The notes: generated from the sequence alone by a model not told the origin. Shown: positions 36,157-47,188, counted from the first letter of the stretch. The stretch: 64,000 bases of DNA from Rebecca billardiae RCC1528 (GCA_965240325.2 OZ251233.1:1612001-1676000), one strand, 5' to 3'. Numbers and translations: made by a program.

Positions 36157-37317
36157 TCAGGCCCTCACCCGCCTGGCCATCACCACGGGTCGTGCACGCG
36201 ACGGCGTCGATACAACGCTGGCTGTGACCAGCGGCGGCAGCTGCGATGCAAATCGCGGCCGCGGCGCTGCCACAACATCAGCCGGGGCAGTGGCTGTGCT
36301 GCTGGTGCGCTTCCGCTGTCGCTTGGCGGCGCTCATCACTTCGTTGGGGCTCTTCATGTCTTGCTGCAGCGCGCGCTTGTGCGCAAGACTCCGAAGGCGC
36401 TTCATGCCGGCCAGCTTGTGCGTAGCGCACAGGCTGGCGCGCGTGTCGCCCGGCATGCCGTATGAAGGCTGTGCAGTGCAGCCTGCGTGATCGCACTTGG
36501 GGTGCTTCACATTGACCATGCCGGCCAGCTTGTGCGCAGCGCACCGGCTGGCGCGCGCGTCACCCGCCATGCCGAATGAAGGCACCTTGGTGCAGCCCGT
36601 GTGATCGCACTTGGGGTGCTTCAGGTCGACCATGCCGGCCAGCTTGTGCGCAGCGCACCGGCTGGCGCGCGCGTCACCCGCCATGCCATAGTACGGCCGC
36701 GTGGTGCAGCCCGTGTGATCGCACTTGCGGCTCTTCAGGTCGACCATGCCGGCGAGCTTGTGCGCAGCGCACCGGCTGGCGCACGCGTCACCCGCCATGC
36801 CGAACGAAGGATCCTTGGTGCAGCTCGTGTGATCGCACTTGGAGTGCTTCAGGTCGACCATGCCGGCGAGCTTGTGCGCAGCGCACCGGCTGGCGCGCGC
36901 GTCACCCGCCATGCCGAATGAAGGCTCCTTGGTGCAGCTCGTGTGATCGCACTTGGGGTGAATCAGGTCGACCATGCCGGCCAGCTTGTGCGCAGCGCAC
37001 CGGCTGGCGCGCGCGTCACCCGCCATGCCGAAGTGAGGCCGCGCGGTGCAGCCCGTGTGATCGCACTTGCGGTTCTTCAGGTCGACCATGCCGGCGAGCT
37101 TGTGCGCAGCGCACCGGCTGGCGCGCGCGTCACCCGCCATGCCGAATGAAGGCTCCTTGGTGCAGCCCGTGTGATCGCACTTGCGGTTCTTCAGGTGGAA
37201 CATGCCGGCGAGCTTGTGCGCAGCGCACCGGCTGGCGCGCGCGTCACCCGCCATGCCGAAGTGAGGCCGCGCGGTGCAGCCCGTGTGATCGCACTTGCGG
37301 TTCTTCCGGTCGACCAT
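36157..37317 (-). CDS. EsV-1-7 cysteine-rich repeat protein (8 repeats)
   Basis: Eight units of KCDHTGCTxxPxFGMAGDARASRCAAHKLAGMVDL fit C-x4-C...P-x-F/Y...C-x2-H-K-x2-GM-V; basic C-terminal tail. Start at ATG 37317 or upstream GTG 37404. Confidence 0.88.
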   Translation of the reverse strand: MVDRKNRKCDHTGCTARPHFGMAGDARASRCAAHKLAGMFHLKNRKCDHTGCTKEPSFGMAGDARASRCAAHKLAGMVDLKNRKCDHTGCTARPHFGMAGDARASRCAAHKLAGMVDLIHPKCDHTSCTKEPSFGMAGDARASRCAAHKLAGMVDLKHSKCDHTSCTKDPSFGMAGDACASRCAAHKLAGMVDLKSRKCDHTGCTTRPYYGMAGDARASRCAAHKLAGMVDLKHPKCDHTGCTKVPSFGMAGDARASRCAAHKLAGMVNVKHPKCDHAGCTAQPSYGMPGDTRASLCATHKLAGMKRLRSLAHKRALQQDMKSPNEVMSAAKRQRKRTSSTATAPADVVAAPRPRFASQLPPLVTASVVSTPSRARPVVMARRVRA

Positions 37318-37329
37318 GCCGGCCAGCTT
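36406..37329. repeat. 114-bp coding tandem repeat, 8 copies
   Basis: Near-identical 38-codon units. Confidence 0.92.
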
Positions 37330-37432
37330 GGCAAGGCGACCACGATGACCCTGCTGTCGCGCCCGCAAACGCGCGCGCGCCTCGCGGTCGAGATGAGCAC
37401 CCACGCCCGTTTGTGACGTTTCAAACTACTGT

Positions 37433-39818
37433 GCTTATCTCAGCCCGGGCCGATTTAAGCGCTTAAATCGGCCCGGGCTGAGATAAGCTCCGCGCGAGCT
37501 TATCTCAGCCCGGGCTGAGATAAGCGCTTATCTCAGCCCAGCGGCTCGCGACTCGGCCGCCGTGGACTCGGAGCGCACGTCGCGCGGTGCGGCCCGCCCG
37601 CTCCATGGCTGCACGCGCTGCTGTGTCTTCGGTGGCCACACCGACAGGGTGAAGTGTGCTGAGTCTAGTGGCGGGCGCCCAGCTCCACCCACCCCCTTCT
37701 CCCTGGCCCGCCCCGCCTGCCCTCGCCCGCATCGGATGCCTTCCTCGCGCATGCAACTCCACGGCGGCAACTCGGCTTGTGGACTTGCTGCCCGCATGAG
37801 AAGCATGCAGCCAACACCATGGACGCACCATCGACGTTCGCCAGTTGACCATGTCCGCGCGTAGTCGCACGCGGGTGAACACGGCCCGTGCGCTACAGTC
37901 GGTTGTGTGCTGTTGCCATTGCACGTTGTTCAAAATGTGCTGAACGTTGCCACCGCGGCCGCCGCGCGCGGGCGTACCGGTGCCAGCGGCACAGGCATGG
38001 GCACCGGCGCAGCTCCATGGACGATCATGGCGCTGCGGCTAGTGGGCGCGCCGACGCCGGCACGCCCGCAGCTGTCGGCGCGCACGGCGAGCACGCCAAG
38101 CTCGCAGCGCGTGCCGCGGCTCAGGGGCTGGTGCGCACGGACAGCAAGCTAAGGTTGCGGTGTGCGCCGCGGTCCGCACGCACGCAGCGGCCGCCGCATG
38201 CGCCACGCGCGCGGTGGCCGCCGCGCGCGCCGCGGTTGCCGCGCGCGCCGTGGCTGCCGCGCGCGCCGCGGCGGACCAGCGCGCCGCGGCCGTGCGCGAC
38301 GACCGAAGGCTAGTCTGTGGCGGATAGCGAGCGAGCGCGCCGCCGCGGCCAGTGAGCGCGCAGCGGCCGGCGAGCACGCTCAGCCTCATCGCGCAACTGT
38401 CACGTGTTGGCGCCAGGCTTGATGGGCACCTGCGGCGTTGGGCCAATGGGCATCTGTGGCCCGTGCGGTGCGCGCTCGCCGGTTGCGGTGGCGCGCTCGC
38501 CAATACCTACGCATGCTGGCGCGGCCTGCTCACCGGTCGCGGTGGCGCAAGCCCCGGCTGCACCATCCATCCGCGCCGGTTGCGGCGCGCTCACTAGCCG
38601 CAGCGGCAAGCTCGCTATCCGCCACAGACTCGCCTTCGGTCGCTGTGCGCGGGGCGGTCGCGGCGCGTTGGTCGGCCTCGGCGCGCTCGCCGGCCGCGGC
38701 GCGCGCGGCAGCCGCGGCGCGCGCAGCAGCCACGGCGCGCTCGCCGGCCGGGCGCGACGGCCGAGTTACGCTGTCTGCCGCCGTGGCGCGCTTACCGGCC
38801 GCAGCGCGCGTGGCAGCCGCGGCGCAATCGCCAGCCGCGCGGCGCGCGGCAGCCGCGGCGCGCTCACCGGCCGGGCGCGCGCAGCAGCCGCGGCGCACTC
38901 GCCGGCCGCGGCGCGCTCGCCGGCCGGGCGCGCTCAGCAGCCGCGGCGCGCTCGCCGGCCGCGGCGCGCTCGCCGGCTGCGGCGCGCAAGACGGCTGCGG
39001 CGCGCGCGGCGGCCGTTGTGTGCACGCGGACCACGGTGCGCGCGGCGACCTTGGCGTGCTCGCCAAGCGCGCCGAAAGCTGCGAGCGCGACGGCGCCGGT
39101 GAGCCCACCAGCTGCGGCGCCACGACCGTCGACAGTGTATTACTCTGCCGAAGCGCCTGCCACGCTTGAGACGCAGCGAGCCGCACACCACAGCTGTCAG
39201 CCGATGGTCCAAGCTCGGTCGTGAACCGGCAGCCGCCGCGCAGAGTAGTGCGCCGCGCGAAGGGACCGTTTCGATCTGACGGGATCGCGATGATTGGCTG
39301 ATCCAGCGTCGAGCGTGACCGGCAAGTATGCCAAGCTGGGCAAGCACATGCCGCAACGCGCGAACGGTACAAGGGCAACGTGGTACAAGGGCAACGGCAC
39401 ACGGCAGACAGGTGCACGTGGGCCGTGGCCACATGCGTGCGATTACACATGACACACATGTACAGCACACGACGTACAAGTACCCGCGACCGTCGATGGT
39501 GGAATCGATGGTGGAACAATGGCGTTGGCTGAGGCCGTTGCATGCGCGAGGAAGGCATCCGATGCAGGCGAGGGCAGGCGGGGCGGGCCAGGGAGAAGGG
39601 GGTGGGTGGAGCTGGGCCCGCCACTAGACTCAGCACACTTCACCCTGTCGGTGTGGCCACCGAAGACACAGCAGCGCGTGCAGCCATGGAGCGGGCGGGC
39701 CGCACCGCGCGACGTGCGCTCCGAGTCCACGGCGGCCGAGTCGCGAGCCGCTGGGCTGAGATAAGCGCTTATCTCAGCCCGAGATAAGCTTAAATCGGCC
39801 CGGGCTGATTTAGCGCTG
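37433..39818. mobile_element. Non-autonomous foldback element with ~245-bp TIRs and palindromic terminal modules
   Basis: 37511-37757 is the near-perfect reverse complement of 39537-39781; ends built of GCTTATCTCAGCCC and TTAAATCGGCCCGGG modules; no TSD or transposase recognised. Confidence 0.8.
38680..39010. repeat. GC-rich degenerate minisatellite (unit about CGCGGCGCGCTCGCCGGC)
   Basis: Multiple imperfect copies inside the foldback element. Confidence 0.65.
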
Positions 39819-39946
39819 CCGTCCGGCGGCTGGGGAGCAACCCTCACGGCTCACCGTCAGGACGACTCAAGACTGCCTGCAGTCTGCACTGAGACGTGTG
39901 GCTCACAGCCTGTTAGATCTCGCACCGCGCCTTCAAAGCTGCCGAG

Positions 39947-39986
<40 letters not shown>
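39947..39986. repeat. 40-nt C homopolymer (G40 on minus strand)
   Basis: Seen directly, 35 nt downstream of the GTPase stop codon. Confidence 0.85.
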
Positions 39987-39987
<1 letters not shown>

Positions 39988-40021
39988 CCCCCCGCGCCCC
40001 GCCCGCGCGGGCGCGGCGCGG

Positions 40022-41923
40022 TCAGCGCCTACGCTTGCGCTTCGTGGCGCTGGGCTGCACGAGCCGAGCGCCGGTGAACTTTGCGTTGCCGCGCGTCGCG
40101 TCGATGAAGGGGTTGATCGGCTCTCGCGCGCGCACGGCCACGCCGACGGGCGCGCGCACGCGCAGCGTGCACGGGCCGGCGGTGATGACGGAGAACCAGC
40201 CGAGGCCCGCGATCACGACGTCGGCCGCCGCGCGGCGGAAGCCCACGCCGACCACGTCGATGTCGGTCGGCTCGAGCTCGGCGAACGCCGCGGCGCGCGA
40301 CGCGTTGAGCGGCGGCTGCAGCATGCCGCCCGTGTGCTCGGCGCGCACGGCGTCGGCGCGCGCCGCACTGGTCGGGTGCAGCTTGACGCCCGAGGCGACG
40401 TGCGCGGCGAGCACCACGCGCCCGGCGCGCTCGAGCGCGCGCACCTCGAGCTGCGCGAGCCCGCCCACCAGCAGCACCTTGCCCTGCGTGAGCGGCACGA
40501 GCGACGGCTTGATTGCGCCGCGCGGGAACACGGCATCGACCTCCTCGGGCGTCAGTTGTGTCGAGAGCTGGGAGGCCTGCACGATGCCCGGCGTGTCGTA
40601 CACGAGGAGGCCGTCGCGGCAGCGCACGCGCATCGGGCCGAGGGTGGTGCCCGGCAGGTGCGACGCGGTGAGCAGCCGCGGCGCCACCGCCTTGGCCGCC
40701 GCCTTGGCCGCCGCCGGGCTGAGGGCGGGCTCGGCGCCCGCGTCGCCCTCCGCGTCGGCGGTGGCCGCGGCGGCCGCGGCGGCCGCGGCGGCGCGCTTGC
40801 GCGCGCGCGACTTGGCCTGGTACGGCGTGAGCAGCGAGTTGATGAAGGACGACTTGCCCACGTTCGCCGCGCCGACGATGAACACGTCGCCGTGCTCGCG
40901 CCGCCGCTCCGCCCAGCGCGTGAGCGCCGCGTGCAGTCCGCGCACGCCCAGCCCAGTCCGTGAGGACACGATGTGCACCTCCGTGAGGCGGAGGGAGGGG
41001 AGCTCGGCGGCGAGCGCGGTGCGCAGCCACTTCTCCACGCGCGTGAGCGAGACGTCCTTTGGCAGCACGTCCGCCTTCGTCGCGACGAGCAGCACCGGCG
41101 TGTTGCGCTGCAGCAGCCGCGGCAGCGCGCGCAGCAACGAGCCCTCGACATCAAACAGGTCGACGAGGTACACGCACACCGCGCACCCGGCGGAGGCGCG
41201 CGGCGCGGAGACGGCGTGGCGCGCGTCGTGGCCGCGGAGGCACGCGGCGAGGATCTCCTCGAACCGCTCGAGGCTGAGCTCCTCGCGCTCCGAGTACCCC
41301 ACGCGCAGCTCCTTGGCCGCGCGGTTGGCGTATCGGAGGCCGTGGCACCGCTGGCAGATCACGCCGTGGCCGACCTGCGCAGACTGCTCGAGCTTGTGCG
41401 CGGGGACGAAGCCGGGCGCGGCGGCGCGCTCGCCCTGCAGCTGCACGCCGCAGCCAGCGCACTGCCCCGGCGGCACGTCCAGCTTCGCGAGCGGCTGCCC
41501 GGCGTCGGGCAGCTCGGCGCGCTCGGCGCGGTTCGCGTCGCTCGGGCCGTCGCCAAAGAGGGACTCGTCGACGACGGCAAGGCCGTCGTCGTCGTCGTCG
41601 TCGTGCGCGCCGAACGCGCCGCCGCGGGGCGAGCGCGGCGTGTCGTCGTCGTCGTACGCCGGCCCACGCGGCGTGTAGTCCTCGTCGACGACGATCTGCA
41701 CGTCGTCGCCAATCCGCGGGCGGCCGTCGCCGGCCGACGATGCCCCACGCGCGCTGCGTGCCACGTTCGACGCGAGAGGGCGGTGCGCCAAGGCGGGCGC
41801 GCGGCTGCGCACGCTTACAAAGAGCGGCGCGCGCGCCGCCGCTGCCGAGCGGAGCGCCGCCACACCGCGTGCGCACGCGAGCATGAGGAGGAGAGCGCCG
41901 ACGACACGTCCACTACGACGCAT
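40022..41923 (-). CDS. YqeH/NOA1-family circularly permuted GTPase, probably plastid-targeted
   Basis: CAGC...CQRC zinc finger; G4 TKAD, G5 SS, G1 GAANVGKSS, G2 PGTT, G3 DTPG; C-terminal DVVIAGLGW; signal plus transit-like leader. Confidence 0.9.
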   Translation of the reverse strand: MRRSGRVVGALLLMLACARGVAALRSAAAARAPLFVSVRSRAPALAHRPLASNVARSARGASSAGDGRPRIGDDVQIVVDEDYTPRGPAYDDDDTPRSPRGGAFGAHDDDDDDGLAVVDESLFGDGPSDANRAERAELPDAGQPLAKLDVPPGQCAGCGVQLQGERAAAPGFVPAHKLEQSAQVGHGVICQRCHGLRYANRAAKELRVGYSEREELSLERFEEILAACLRGHDARHAVSAPRASAGCAVCVYLVDLFDVEGSLLRALPRLLQRNTPVLLVATKADVLPKDVSLTRVEKWLRTALAAELPSLRLTEVHIVSSRTGLGVRGLHAALTRWAERRREHGDVFIVGAANVGKSSFINSLLTPYQAKSRARKRAAAAAAAAAATADAEGDAGAEPALSPAAAKAAAKAVAPRLLTASHLPGTTLGPMRVRCRDGLLVYDTPGIVQASQLSTQLTPEEVDAVFPRGAIKPSLVPLTQGKVLLVGGLAQLEVRALERAGRVVLAAHVASGVKLHPTSAARADAVRAEHTGGMLQPPLNASRAAAFAELEPTDIDVVGVGFRRAAADVVIAGLGWFSVITAGPCTLRVRAPVGVAVRAREPINPFIDATRGNAKFTGARLVQPSATKRKRRR

Positions 41924-42127
41924 TGAGCCGGGACCGACTGGGCGCATGGCAACGACGTCGCCGCTGCATTAGACAGTCAAGGCGCCCTTGGTCAGTCAGT
42001 CAGGTACAGATGGGGGACTGTAAAGTACGTCTGTGTTGTTTCAACGTATGGATACAGCAGTGCAAGACCGAAGACCGGTCTTGCGCGGTGGGCGACAGTT
42101 GGCGGGCGTCGATCTCGCCTGCCACAT

Positions 42128-43246
42128 CAAGGGGAGTCAGGGTACAGCACGTCCAGTTGGGCTGCAGCTGGAGCTTGGGTCCAAAAGCTTCCCGCGGCGC
42201 AGCGGCACTCGCCGCCGCCGCCGCCGTCGAGGGGCGGTTGTGGCGCGCACGGCGTGAGCCGCTGCGGGCGCTGAGGTGCGCGCGACGGCGGCGCGCCCGG
42301 CGGCGCTGCTGTAGGAGGCCACTGCCCTCCTCTCTGCCCCGCGCGCTTCGCTCGTCGTCGCCGTCTCCGCGCCTGCGACTCAGCGCGCACGCGAGCGCGG
42401 CACCGCCCGGCAGCCGGGGCAATCTCTGCCGTGACTGCGCATGTGCGTCGCGACCTGGTCGGCCCAGCGCGCGAGGCGCGTGCGGGCGAGGTAGGGCCAG
42501 TATGGGCGCGCGCCATGCCGCCTCAAGTAAGCCCATCAGAGCGTACAACAGGGAACTGAGCACGTGTGTCTGGTTGGCCGCTCAGTGGACTGTGTTCAAG
42601 CAATGCACGGGCCATCGTCGAGGCGATCTCGAGGCACTCAGTCAAAACGTCAGTTCAGCGCGCAGACGACCTGGGTGAGAGTCACTGACAATGTATGACT
42701 CGCATGATCACAAAAGGCTCTGCAACTATCGCGTCTGTACGCCTACTGCCTCGATCGTGCACACTGACGCCTGCGCTTGGGTGCCGCATTGTTTGTCAAC
42801 GTTGTCGACAGAGGTGCAAGGCCCGCGACATGCCCACCGGCGCAAGGTCGAGGCGGCATGGCGCGCGCCCATACTGGCCCTACCTCGCCCGCACGCGCCT
42901 CGCGCGCTGGGCCGACCAGGTCGCGACGCACATGCGCAGTCACGGCAGAGATTGCCCCGGCTGCCGGGCGGTGCCGCGCTCGCGTGCGCGCTGAGTCGCA
43001 GGCGCGGAGACGGCGACGACGAGCGAAGCGCGCGGGGCAGAGAGGAGGGCAGTGGCCTCCTACAGCAGCGCCGCCGGGCGCGCCGCCGTCGCGCGCACCT
43101 CAGCGCCCGCAGCGGCTCACGCCGTGCGCGCCACAACCGCCCCTCGACGGCGGCGGCGGCGGCGAGTGCCGCTGCGCCGCGGGAAGCTTTTGGACCCAAG
43201 CTCCAGCTGCAGCCCAACTGGACGTGCTGTACCCTGACTCCCCTTG
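42128..43246. mobile_element. Foldback element, P/Galileo-like: 397-bp TIRs, CA...TG ends, 7-bp TSD GCCACAT
   Basis: 42128-42524 is the reverse complement of 42850-43246; gccacat|CAAGGGG...CCCCTTG|gccacat. Confidence 0.85.
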
Positions 43247-45483
43247 GCCACATTATTAAGGGCCCCGCGACCGGCTACCACATTAAGGCGACCGGCTGCC
43301 ACATTAAGGATCCGCGCCAACGCTCGCACGGCCACCGACACGCCACGCGCGGAGCGATGCGCCGATGGTCTTCGGCTCGGTCGCAACGTCCTGAACCGCG
43401 CTGGCCTGTTCAGTCGCCCTTTGCTCGACGCAGTCGTGCACTGGCCGGTGGAGGCAGTGGCGCCGGGCGTCGGGAAGCACTTCGAGTTCCTCGGTGAGGC
43501 TGGCGAGCCCGCGCCCGACAAGAAGTAGCGCGGCGGCGCGTGCGCGCTGTGCTCGCGGTGACGTACGTGCTGCTCGCGAAGGGAAAGCAGTTCAAGCAGG
43601 GACACCTCAAGCACTCGGCAGATTATCTCGCATTGCTCGCCGCTGGCGGTCAGCGTGCGAAGCGCGCTGCTGGCATACACGGCGTTGAGCAGGTCACCGT
43701 GCGAGAGTGCTCCGTCAGACCCGTGGCCAAGGCCCTTGTCGATCAGCTGCGCTGAAGGGCGCGCGCAAGAGTGCGTGATGGAGGTCAGTTCCAGGCAGGC
43801 TCCATGTTGGCTGCAGCGCTGCGTCTGCGCAGCATGCCCCCGCAAGCGCGTCTGCACGCGCACGCCTGCGCTCAGCTGCAACTTGCGCTCGAGCTCAGCC
43901 TTGAGCGCGCTCAGCGTGCCCTTCAGCAGCTCGAGCGGTTCCTCCTTGCGCCACGCGTCCGCGTGGCGCCGCGAGTAGTTGCTTGTTCAGCGGCTGCACC
44001 TGCACCGCCGCGCGCTCGACGCTCGCCTCGACCACCTCCGCGCGCACGCGCTCGCCGACGCGCTCCAGGGACTGCTGCGTCAGCTCGTGCGCACAGTGGA
44101 GCGCCGGAGCGACACCTCCGCGCCATCCACCGCGCTTATCGCCTGGCTGGGCGCTATGGAGAGCTACACCGCGCCGGGGGCGCGAGCCCGACGACGCATT
44201 CGCAGTTCACCTCGCTGTACGACGAACGCCACCTCGAGCGCACGAGCGCATGCGTCTGCAGCGGGAGCACCGACGGCCGCTCCGGTAGGCTCGCCGCCGA
44301 CTTCCCCAGTAGTAACCAGCATATCAAAGTCGTCTTCGGTAGCGCGCGAGGCTCGCTACAATACGGTGATGCTACACCACATGGTTTGCGTCACACGCAG
44401 CACCACATGGGTGGCCGGCAGCGGCGTACCATCGGCTGAGCTGTTCCTGAGTCACTGTTCCTCTGCAGAGACGTGCGCGCGTCACGAGCACTTGCGCGCT
44501 CTGCGGCCTTCGGCACCTTGACACCTTGACATCATTGCGCGTGCGCATGACAGGCGCGGATGGTTGCGCACTTGCGTGTCCGTCGGCGGCGCGCACGATC
44601 CGCGAGCACCGTCCGCCGGGGCCTTGCCATTGTCGACCTTGGACGGCGCACGGCGCACCGCGGCGCGCTCGCGGCCTTCGGTCGGGTAGCCCTCGCTGGA
44701 CATGTGCTGGCCTCTGTTGCTCCGCTGCTCATCGGACCGGGTGCCAATCAGTGGCCCACAATTGACGACCCGTGCGCCTGCCCCGCATGCTCGCACACGG
44801 GATGACGCAGCCTGGAGCCAGCCCGGTCGAGATTTCGGGATGTCAAAGCAGTGGCCGAGCATGCGCTCAAGCGCTCTCATCCTCATGGAGCGTGACCTCT
44901 ACCGTTCTACCGTCTGAGCGTCTGCCGTCACAGGAGTCGGACAAGTCCCCAGAGCTGGGTGCAACCAGTCCCTCGGGAGTAGCCGCCAGGCCTCCCGCCA
45001 CCACCGCAGCCGCGCCGCCCAGGGTTGTGAGTCCTGGGATTACCCGGGGTGGTCAGGCTGGCGCGCACGCTCGCGGAACCTTGGAACCCGCGCTCCCGCG
45101 CTGCGTCGCGTGTCACCCCTCGATCGCCGCCCCACCGCCACCTCTTCCCTCCCATCACCACCTCTTCCTCGACATCCTCGGCCTTCGCCGCAGCACCGAC
45201 GCCCCGCGCGCGGCCGCTGTGGCAGCGGGCGATCAGCGTGCGCTGCGCCGCCGCGCCGCCGCGCCGCCCAGAGTTGTGCAGCGCGGCCTGTGAGTCCTGC
45301 GAGCTGCCCTGTGTGGTCAGGCTGGTACGCACGCTCGCTAACGCTTCGAACACGCGCTGCATAGCGTGTCGCCCCTCGATCGCCGCCCCACCGCCGCGTT
45401 TTCCTCCACGCACGGCGGCCGTCGCCCAGCACGAGAGCCCCGCGCGCGGGCAGCGCGCCTTAATGTGGTGGCGGGATCCTTAA

Positions 45484-46992
45484 GGTGGCACCTCCGGAAC
45501 AGACGGCGGGAGGCAAGATGGCGAAGAAACAGCCCCGGCGTCGCGCTCGCTCGAGGCTCGGAGGCCCGTGCGAGCCGGCGGGGGCTCGAGCGGCACGGGG
45601 CGCACGTCGGGCGGGCAGACCATGCACGTGGGCCTTCCGAACCGCTCGCCGACGGCCTCGCTCCGCCGCTTCTCGCGCTCGCGAGCTGTGTCCGTGCGCG
45701 CGCGGTGGGCGGGCGTCGCGCAGCTCGACGCGAGGCGTCCACGGCGGAGATTGGGCCCAGCTGGGGCTCGAACGGCTTCGACGTGCGGGGCCGGTCATGT
45801 ACGTGCGCGCGCGCGCGCCGGAGCCGTCCGGCGACCTTGTGGTTGTGCTGCGGGAACGACGTCACACCCGGGCGGCACTGCGAGGTTCTGCGCGGGCCCA
45901 TGTGCATGCATGTGCGCGAGGCGTGGGTGGGCTCGCGATGGCGGGGCGCGTTGGTCGAAGCTGCGCCATGGTCGTCGGTGCCGGCTAGGCGCCGACGGGC
46001 GAGCGCGGCGGTCCATTCGGGGCCACGCGGGCCGCCGGGAGCTCGTGCGCAGCCGCTCGGCCAGATAGGTGGCCCCGGCGGCAGTCTGAACGAGGTCAGC
46101 ACTTCACATTTCGACAAACTCCGCACCCCCGCTCGTGGTGGGCCACCATGCGGCGCACCAGGGGGTGCAAGCAAGCAGCCGTCCCGAGGAAACTGTTGGT
46201 AGGATTCGAAAATATTATCGAAAATCCTTGAAAAAGCCCTTATTTCGACATTTTCGATAATATTTTCGAATCCTACCAACAGTTTCCTCGGGACGGCTGC
46301 TTGCTTGCACCCCCTGGTGCGCCGCATGGTGGCCCACCACGAGCGGGGGTGCGGAGTTTGTCGAAATGTGAAGTGCTGACCTCGTTCAGACTGCCGCCGG
46401 GGCCACCTATCTGGCCGAGCGGCTGCGCACGAGCTCCCGGCGGCCCGCGTGGCCCCGAATGGACCGCCGCGCGCGCCCGACGGCACCTAGCCGGCGCCGA
46501 CGACCATGGCGCACCTTCGACCAACGCGCCCCGCCATCGCGAGCCCACCCACGCCTCGCGCACATGCATGCACATGGGCCCGCGCAGAACCTCGCAGTGC
46601 CGCCCGAGTGTGACGTCGTTCCCGCAGCACAACCACAAGGTCGCCGGACGGCCCCGGCGCGCGCGCGCGCACGTACATGACCGGCCCCGCACGTCGAAGC
46701 CGTTCGAGCGCCCAGCTGGGCCCAATCTCCGCCGTGGACGCCTCGCGTCGAGCTGCGCGACGCCCGCCCACCGCGCGCGCACGGACACAGCTCGCGAGCG
46801 CGAGAAGCGGCGGAGCGAGGCCGTCGGCGAGCGGTTCGGAAGGCCCACGTGCATGGTCTGCCCGCCCGACGTGCGCCCCGTGCCGCTCGAGCCCCCGCCG
46901 GCTCGCACGGGCCTCCGAGCCTCGAGCGAGCGCGACGCCGGGGCTGTTTCTTCGCCATCTTGCCTCCCGCCGTCTGTTCCGGAGGTGCCACC
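45484..46992. mobile_element. Palindromic foldback element, Kolobok-like: ~740-bp arms, 24-bp spacer, TTAA TSD
   Basis: TTAA|GGTGGCAC...GTGCCACC|TTAA; arms 45484-46225 and 46250-46992 with few mismatches. Confidence 0.85.
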
Positions 46993-47087
46993 TTAATGTG
47001 GCAGTGGTCAACCGGCTGCCACATTAAGGCTTAATGTGGTGGCGGGATTCGGCTTAATGTGGTAACCGGCTGAAGTCCGCCTGCACA

Positions 47088-47188
47088 CCTGAGCTGTGTG
47101 CGTCTCTTATTCTTAGTACTGTACAGTCCCTTCTTGGTAAACTGTATCCATACAGTTTACTAAGAATAAGAGACGCACACAGCTCAGG
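47088..47188. repeat. Small hairpin or mini-MITE (31-bp perfect stem, 39-nt loop)
   Basis: cctgagctgtgtgcgtctcttattcttagta ... tactaagaataagagacgcacacagctcagg. Confidence 0.8.

Noticed and set aside
36406-37329. Regular repeats with variable inserts resembling a CRISPR array
   Set aside because: Units are in-frame 38-aa protein repeats in a eukaryotic gene; no unique spacers or cas genes.
45480-46996. piggyBac assignment based on TTAA
   Set aside because: Termini are GG...CC rather than piggyBac CC...GG; Kolobok fits better.
45338-47034. Mirror-image ORFs on both strands, also at 41923-43497
   Set aside because: They are by-products of inverted repeats in GC-rich DNA; no protein motifs.
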